NCBI GenBank assembly: GCA_027023405.1
Contig: JALVVN010000024.1
Location: 551 to 64,550 of the forward strand
Direction of reading: 5' to 3'
Source of the DNA: Campylobacterales bacterium
GTDB lineage: Bacteria > Campylobacterota > Campylobacteria > Campylobacterales > QNZT01
DNA: 64,000 nt
The notes below the pieces were generated by a model. The model was not told the DNA's origin and did not search any database. It worked only from the letters and a program-made list of their open reading frames with translations. Shown here piece by piece: positions 58,489 through 64,000 of the stretch. Position numbers and translations under genes: made by a program. Positions within the stretch are counted from its first letter, which is position 1. Every line of letters starts with the position of its first letter.

Positions 58489-59151
58489 TTAAATCAAGCT
58501 TTTTATTGCAAAGCTTAAAGCCGCAGTTTCGCTTTTGAGAATATTTGAGGTTTTGAAGCCTATTTTTTTATGTTTTTCAAGAAGCGATCTCTCTGTTTCG
58601 CTAAAACCACCTTCACATCCGATAAGCGCCGTACGGCACCCTTGCCATTCACTCTCTCCATCAAAGTCCAACACACAAAAATCCTCATATTTCCTTAGTA
58701 ACTCTTCGAAAGAGGAGAGAATTTCAAGCTCCATCAAATCTCTTCTACCCGATTGTTGCGAGGAGTTGATGAGGATGCGTTTTGCCCGATCTAGGTCGAT
58801 CTTGAACTGCTTTTGACTATATTGACAATAGACAAAACTGATTTTAGCCAAGCCTGTTTGGTTAAGCATCGGCAGTGTGTTGTAGATCACTTTGGGATCA
58901 ATGATACACCAAATGAGATGAAGAGTCTTTGGGAGCATATAATTATCGGTGATGGTTTCGATATGTTCTATAACAGCCTCTTTTTTCCCAATAGAGAGGA
59001 TTTTATAACGGTAGAGATTTTGATCTGTCAGGTTGCGAAAGGAGAGGATTTGTGTCACATTAAAGCGACGCACTTTAAAGAGATATCGGTAGAGTTCGTC
59101 TCTAATTTGGATTGTATGCTCTCCCGCCTTTTCGTGATAGAGATATTGCAT
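58489..59151 (-). CDS. rsmE: 16S rRNA (uracil1498-N3)-methyltransferase RsmE
   Basis: 220 aa with an N-terminal PUA-like segment (HTIQIRDELYRYLFKVRR) and a C-terminal SPOUT knot (LIGCEGGFSETE...LKSETAAL). Confidence 0.82.
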   Translation of the reverse strand: MQYLYHEKAGEHTIQIRDELYRYLFKVRRFNVTQILSFRNLTDQNLYRYKILSIGKKEAVIEHIETITDNYMLPKTLHLIWCIIDPKVIYNTLPMLNQTGLAKISFVYCQYSQKQFKIDLDRAKRILINSSQQSGRRDLMELEILSSFEELLRKYEDFCVLDFDGESEWQGCRTALIGCEGGFSETERSLLEKHKKIGFKTSNILKSETAALSFAIKSLI

Positions 59152-59580
59152 CTATACTCCCAAGCTCATAACGGTGACGGTGATAATAGCTACCAAGACA
59201 AACAGATAGTGCTTCAGTGAAAAGGATTCAAATCGCCTGATACTCATCTGATCGTATACTCTGCTCTCTTTGTACCGAACAAATTCCAAGATTGTCGCAA
59301 TAAGCAACGAGAGTCCCAAAATTACCATCAACCAAACTTGCCACGCTACATGAAAGTGATGAATTGCCATTACGACAACACCTGAAAAGAGAATAGCACT
59401 CAAAAGGGCACGATAGAAAAGTACCCAGCGCTCATAGATCTTGCTCTTGACCTGATAGCTTTTGTTGCTATGTAGAAGGATAATGAGACGCAACAAGATA
59501 ATAATAGTCAGCGCAATAAATATGAGATGGAGATTGGTTGAGAGTGAAATCAGTTCAAGTGTGGCATTTTGTGCGGGCAT
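59152..59580 (-). CDS. polytopic membrane protein (hypothetical)
   Basis: 142 aa with about 4 hydrophobic helices. It abuts rsmE with no gap. Confidence 0.5.
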   Translation of the reverse strand: MPAQNATLELISLSTNLHLIFIALTIIILLRLIILLHSNKSYQVKSKIYERWVLFYRALLSAILFSGVVVMAIHHFHVAWQVWLMVILGLSLLIATILEFVRYKESRVYDQMSIRRFESFSLKHYLFVLVAIITVTVMSLGV

Positions 59581-59658
59581 TCCTATCCTTTGATGTCTGT
59601 TCGTCAGTATAGTGTAAGAGCAGATATTATAGTATAGACAAAATTATACTAAGGGTGA

Positions 59659-60324
59659 ATGATGCAAAAACAACGATCCCCTCAGCAAAAGAGAATACCA
59701 CGCTCCAAACCACAAAAGAGAAGCTCGCAACCCAAAAAGTTACCTCTAAAGGTTAGAAGACGCAACCGTGCCATCGCCTTGACGCTACTTGGGTTGATTA
59801 TTTTCTTCAGTTTTCGACAGTGCTCCGAAGACCCTCATGAGAAGATAGTTGATAGAAATCAAACCGTAATATCGACGCCTACAAAAGAATTAGATAAAAA
59901 TAGCACAACAGAGAATGCTACAAAAGAGAGCAATGCATTCGTTCTAAAAACAAAAGACCAAACAAAAACTAAAATAGAACACCATGTTCTAAAAGAGGGG
60001 AATACAAAAGCAGCACTTTTGCCAAATGATCCAATCTTAGCAAAAGAAAGGCTCTTGGAAAACTATCGAAAAAAGGGTAGTTACAAAAGCGCCCTTGCGT
60101 TGGCGGAGTACTTCTATGCACACAAAAAATATAAAGAGGCGGTGAAGTGGGCTATCGTGACCAATAAATTGGATATGAACCAATTTCGCCCTTGGTATAT
60201 CTATATTAAAAGCAAGATCGCTTTAGGAGATAAAGAACATGCAAAGGTAGCGTTAAAATTTTATCTTAAAAGTCACAAATCAAAAAAATTTGATGCATTA
60301 CTAAAAAAATTAGAAGCAAATTAA
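59659..60324 (+). CDS. hypothetical protein: basic N-terminus, one TM, TPR/Sel1-like C-terminus
   Basis: 221 aa: an R/K/Q/P-rich N-terminus, a TM segment (AIALTLLGLIIFFSF), and a C-terminal helical repeat-like ALALAEYFYAHKKYKEAVKWA. Confidence 0.5.
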   Translation: MMQKQRSPQQKRIPRSKPQKRSSQPKKLPLKVRRRNRAIALTLLGLIIFFSFRQCSEDPHEKIVDRNQTVISTPTKELDKNSTTENATKESNAFVLKTKDQTKTKIEHHVLKEGNTKAALLPNDPILAKERLLENYRKKGSYKSALALAEYFYAHKKYKEAVKWAIVTNKLDMNQFRPWYIYIKSKIALGDKEHAKVALKFYLKSHKSKKFDALLKKLEAN

Positions 60325-60336
60325 AAAAGGGGATAG

Positions 60337-60897
60337 ATGGGATTAAAATCAGACAAATGGATTCGTGAAAAATCTTTGGGTGACGAGATGATTACACCAT
60401 TTTGTGAAGAGCAGATCGGAAAAGGTGTGATTAGTTACGGATTGAGTAGTTATGGGTATGATATTCGTGTAGGTAGAGAGTTTAAAATTTTTACCAATGT
60501 CAATTCCACCTTAGTTGATCCCAAAAATTTTGATGAGGGGAATGTAGTCGATCTTGAGGCGGATGTAGCGATTATTCCTCCCAACTCATTTGCACTTGCG
60601 AGAACGGTTGAATATTTTAAGATGCCGGACAATGTATTGGCGATCTGTCTGGGGAAGAGCACCTATGCTAGATGTGGGATTATCGTTAATGTAACACCGT
60701 TTGAACCTGGGTTTGAGGGGCATATTACGATTGAGATCTCCAATACTACTCCGTTGCCGGCAAAAATATATGCCAATGAAGGTATTGCGCAAGTGCTCTT
60801 TTTAGAGGGAGACGAAGCGTGCGAGATTACTTATGCGGATAAGAGAGGAAAATATCAAGCCCAAAAAGGAATTACGCTTCCTCGTATTCTCGAGTAG
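60337..60897 (+). CDS. dcd: dCTP deaminase
   Basis: 186 aa: [43 protein letters not shown]. Confidence 0.94.
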   Translation: MGLKSDKWIREKSLGDEMITPFCEEQIGKGVISYGLSSYGYDIRVGREFKIFTNVNSTLVDPKNFDEGNVVDLEADVAIIPPNSFALARTVEYFKMPDNVLAICLGKSTYARCGIIVNVTPFEPGFEGHITIEISNTTPLPAKIYANEGIAQVLFLEGDEACEITYADKRGKYQAQKGITLPRILE

Positions 60898-62140
60898 ACT
60901 CTTCCATAAAGTCTACGCATACTTTGTTTCGTCCACTGTTTTTGGCTTGATAAAGTGCAAGGTCACTCTGCTTGATCGTCGCATCAAGATCAGCTTGTGG
61001 ACTCGTTGCCACACCGATTGAGACTGTAAAACAGATGTGATCGTTATCGATCTCGATCCTCTGATTTGAAATTTTTTTACGCAGAGACTCAAAAAAGCTA
61101 AATGCCGCCTCTTTTTGAATATCTTTGAGTAGGACGCAAAACTCTTCTCCACCAAAACGCGCCACGATATCTTGTCCTTTAATATTATTTTTGATGGTTT
61201 GTGCCAATGTTTTGATTACTTTGTCACCGATATCGTGACCATAGGTGTCGTTGATGGATTTAAAGTAGTCAATATCCAACATCGCAACAGCAAATGATTC
61301 ATGCTTGATTTTCGCTTTTTTAAAGTAGTCTGTACCTTGTGCATAAAAATATTTTCGGTTGGCGACACCGGTTAGGAAGTCGGTATTGGCGAAGTCATTG
61401 AGCTTTTTCACATTTTCAATGGAGTCTAGTGTATTGTTGACTCTCGTACTAAGCTCCTCTTTAAAGAAAGGCTTTCGGATAAAGTCATTGACCCCATACT
61501 TAAGAAAGGCGATTGCATTCTCTTTTTGTGTAGAGACACCGATGATGGGGAGCTGATATTTTTTATGCTTTTGCCGTAGTGACAATACCACTTCCAATCC
61601 GTCAACATTTGGCATCTCATAATCGGTAATGACCAGTGAGATATTATCGTTTTCTCTTTCGAGATCGAGCGCCTCTTGCCCATCCTTAGCCATAATAGTA
61701 CGCAACATATATTTATTGAGTGTTTTTTGAATCTCATGTCTATAGATTGCCGAATCATCTACGACCAAAACCGTATGCATTCGGTTTTTATAGAGACGAT
61801 CGACCAAGTGCACAAGATAATCTATCGACTCAGAGCGATTTTTGAGAACATAGTCGATGATATCTTTACGACTGATTTGCTCCCTTAATTCTTGATTGAG
61901 TGAGCCTGTCATGACAATAGTGGGCAGTTTCCTCTCCAAAAAGATATCGACAAGCGTCTCCTCTTGTGCATCCGGAAGATGGAGATCGAGTAGAACCAAG
62001 TCATAGTGATTGCTTTCAATCGCAATATGTGTATCTTTCATATTTTGCTTAACATCAACACTGATGCCGTCAATGGCTTGAATCTTTCTTGCTAGGACAT
62101 TTGCTAATACTTTGCTATCTTCTACAATTAATACTTTCAT
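60872..62140 (-). CDS. response regulator with two receiver domains and a GGDEF diguanylate cyclase output (PleD-like)
   Basis: 422 aa: REC1 (KVLIVEDS...[11 protein letters not shown]), REC2 (VLVVDDS...[13 protein letters not shown]), and GGDEF with intact GGEEF ([11 protein letters not shown]). The 3' end overlaps the dcd 3' end by 26 nt. Confidence 0.88.
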   Translation of the reverse strand: MKVLIVEDSKVLANVLARKIQAIDGISVDVKQNMKDTHIAIESNHYDLVLLDLHLPDAQEETLVDIFLERKLPTIVMTGSLNQELREQISRKDIIDYVLKNRSESIDYLVHLVDRLYKNRMHTVLVVDDSAIYRHEIQKTLNKYMLRTIMAKDGQEALDLERENDNISLVITDYEMPNVDGLEVVLSLRQKHKKYQLPIIGVSTQKENAIAFLKYGVNDFIRKPFFKEELSTRVNNTLDSIENVKKLNDFANTDFLTGVANRKYFYAQGTDYFKKAKIKHESFAVAMLDIDYFKSINDTYGHDIGDKVIKTLAQTIKNNIKGQDIVARFGGEEFCVLLKDIQKEAAFSFFESLRKKISNQRIEIDNDHICFTVSIGVATSPQADLDATIKQSDLALYQAKNSGRNKVCVDFMEESTREYEEA

Positions 62141-62195
62141 AACACTTAGATCGACAATTGCAAAAATTTTTTGAACATTTTGCTATGATCTAGGG

Positions 62196-63536
62196 ATGAA
62201 TTTAATAGAACTTAAAATAATTACACAAAAGCTTAATACTTATAAAAAAATTCACTATATCGAGCGCATCAATGATACGACTATCGCTATTACTTTTGAT
62301 AAAGATAAGCCCTACTACTTTGATCTAACAAGAGGAGAGGGGTGTATCTATCAGTGGGATGAGATACCCAAAAGCAGAGAATATAATGCCCCCTTTGATG
62401 TGGTACTCAAAAAGCGGTTTATCAATGCTAAAATCAAGTCGATAGAGGTACCCCAACATGACAAGATACTCATCATCAAAACGCAAAGCGCTTCAAGTTA
62501 CAAAGCGATTGAAACGACATTACAACTCGAATTTACAGGGCGTCATACCAATGCGATTATTTTAAACGGTGAGGGAGTGATCTTGGAGGCGCTTCGGCAT
62601 ATCGATATCTCCAACTCCTTTCGAGAAGTGCGGGTAGGAGGGAAACTGCTCGAACTTCCTAAGCGCTCCTTCGAACCTAAACCCTCAAGTATCAAAGATA
62701 TCGATGAACTCGAAACATATCTAAAAGAGGTCTATCACACAAAAGAGCACAAAAGATTAGAGGAGATCAAGCGAACCAAGATCAAGTCCATAGAGAAGAG
62801 AGTGACAAAGCTTGAGAAGAGCTTGAGACAGCTAGAGGATGAAGCAAAACTCCTTCAAAAAGCCGCTACTTTGGAGCAACACGCCTCTATCATACTGGGA
62901 AATCTGGATCGTATCGCCAACTACCAAAAGCGAGTGGAGTTGGAAGATTATGAGGGCAATCGCGTCATGATCGAACTACCCAAAGAGAGCGTCAATGCGG
63001 CGGATGCGGCAAATCGGCTCTTTGCCCGTGCCAAAAAACTCAAACAAAAAGCCAAAGGATTACACATCGAGAGGGAGAATTTATCTGACAAGATCCTTTA
63101 CAATAAGCGACTGATCCATTTAGTCAAGAGCGCCAAAAGCAGTACCGAGATTGAGATTTACCTACCCAAACAACCCAAAGTACAAAAACGCCGAATACAA
63201 AGCGACAACGGGATCGAAACCCTCTTCTACCAAGGCTATAAAATCCTCTTTGGAAAGAGTCAAAAAGCAAATGCGCAACTTCTCAAAAATGCAAAAATGA
63301 GCGACATGTGGCTTCATCTGCGTGATATTCCTTCAACGCATGTTATAATACGAACTGATAAACGCAATATTCCTGAAGATGTTTTGACATTTGCCGCAAA
63401 AATATGTGTTGATTTTAGTATCGATAAGAGCGGTGCATATTGGGTTGATTATACCAAGCGACGCAATGTCAAAGTCAAAGAGGGTGCAAAGGTAAATTAT
63501 ATTGATTTTAAGAGTGTACGAATTGTAAAGGAGTAA
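62196..63536 (+). CDS. NFACT-family protein (FbpA / RqcH-like; usually annotated fibronectin/fibrinogen-binding protein)
   Basis: 446 aa: an N-terminal NFACT-N-like domain, a central coiled coil (KRLEEIKRTKIKSIEKRVTKLEKSLRQLEDEAK), and a C-terminal DUF814/NFACT-R-like DMWLHLRDIPSTHVII. Confidence 0.75.
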   Translation: MNLIELKIITQKLNTYKKIHYIERINDTTIAITFDKDKPYYFDLTRGEGCIYQWDEIPKSREYNAPFDVVLKKRFINAKIKSIEVPQHDKILIIKTQSASSYKAIETTLQLEFTGRHTNAIILNGEGVILEALRHIDISNSFREVRVGGKLLELPKRSFEPKPSSIKDIDELETYLKEVYHTKEHKRLEEIKRTKIKSIEKRVTKLEKSLRQLEDEAKLLQKAATLEQHASIILGNLDRIANYQKRVELEDYEGNRVMIELPKESVNAADAANRLFARAKKLKQKAKGLHIERENLSDKILYNKRLIHLVKSAKSSTEIEIYLPKQPKVQKRRIQSDNGIETLFYQGYKILFGKSQKANAQLLKNAKMSDMWLHLRDIPSTHVIIRTDKRNIPEDVLTFAAKICVDFSIDKSGAYWVDYTKRRNVKVKEGAKVNYIDFKSVRIVKE

Positions 63537-63539
63537 AAA

Positions 63540-63869
63540 ATGCCAATTTCTCCCATTGAATCTATCATCTATACGAACCAAAATACGCAAGTCGCCGCAA
63601 CTAAACAGAATGAGTATCAAACGCGGGTAGAGAAGCAGAGTTTTGCCGCCGTGGAAGCCTCTCTCAAAGCGGAAAAGGTAGTGGAGGATATCTCCGATGT
63701 TGGTGCAGATAAGGCGATCGAGGAGGAGCGAGAGCATCAGCGCGAAGAGGCGGAAGAGCAGAGCGGTGAAAAAGAGGTGGAGCTAAAGGGTGTGTTAAAG
63801 AAAGAAAATAAAGAGGAAGCACAAGAGGCGCTTGATACAACTTATCATATACTTAATATAAAAGTATAG
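63540..63869 (+). CDS. small acidic, predicted helical protein (hypothetical)
   Basis: 109 aa, E/K-rich, lying between the NFACT gene and cdsA. This matches the Campylobacter jejuni arrangement as I recall it (fibronectin-binding-like, coiled-coil protein, cdsA). Confidence 0.5.
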   Translation: MPISPIESIIYTNQNTQVAATKQNEYQTRVEKQSFAAVEASLKAEKVVEDISDVGADKAIEEEREHQREEAEEQSGEKEVELKGVLKKENKEEAQEALDTTYHILNIKV

Positions 63870-63878
63870 AGGCGCAAA

Positions 63879-64000
63879 ATGTTAAAAAACTTGGATAAAA
63901 ATCGAATCATTACCGGTGTAGCTTTGATCCTGGCGGTGATTGCGATTGCGTGGATCGATAGCTACTTTTTGACTTGGCTGGTATTGGGTGCTCTCTTTAT
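63879..64000 (+). CDS. cdsA: phosphatidate cytidylyltransferase, N-terminal fragment (runs off the window)
   Basis: ATG 63879 gives MLKNLDKNRIITGVALILAVIAIAWIDSYFLTWLVLGALF..., a hydrophobic CdsA-like N-terminus. The identity rests mainly on synteny, so it is tentative. Confidence 0.45.
   Translation, partial: MLKNLDKNRIITGVALILAVIAIAWIDSYFLTWLVLGALF

Overview
This 64 kb window looks like the replication-origin neighbourhood of a low-GC Campylobacterota (epsilonproteobacterial) chromosome. The taxon is inferred from protein sequences, for example a short Helicobacter-like ThyX and the ruvC-dnaA-dnaN-gyrB order. Gene orientation flips at about 7.1 kb: HD-domain gene, queF, gyrB, dnaN and dnaA lie on the minus strand, while ruvC and about 27 kb of following genes lie on the plus strand. 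TTCAC-core DnaA-box clusters flank dnaA on both sides. The remainder is mostly core housekeeping: purB, purM, hisF, nrdA, thyX, dcd, argJ, hom, thrS, infC, prfA, rpmE, rpsT, rlmN, rsmI, rsmE, glmM, lspA and ccoG. I also hand-folded an SRP (4.5S) RNA and a tRNA-Val(GAC). Interspersed are envelope and lipoprotein genes and two c-di-GMP signalling proteins. I found no CRISPR array, transposase, integrase, phage genes, restriction-modification genes or recognisable defence operon. I cannot support the presence of a novel multi-gene system here. The oddities most worth follow-up are: a catalytically degenerate serine-recombinase-like HTH protein behind a consensus promoter upstream of ccoG; an M16 peptidase fused to a membrane plus PH-like tail; a signal-peptide-bearing Hsp20; a 669 bp gene-poor, decayed-looking gap; a read-through extension of argJ into the convergent gene; and several perfect hairpins and repeats in 5' regions. 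All calls come from reading the sequence and ORF translations by eye. No searches were run.
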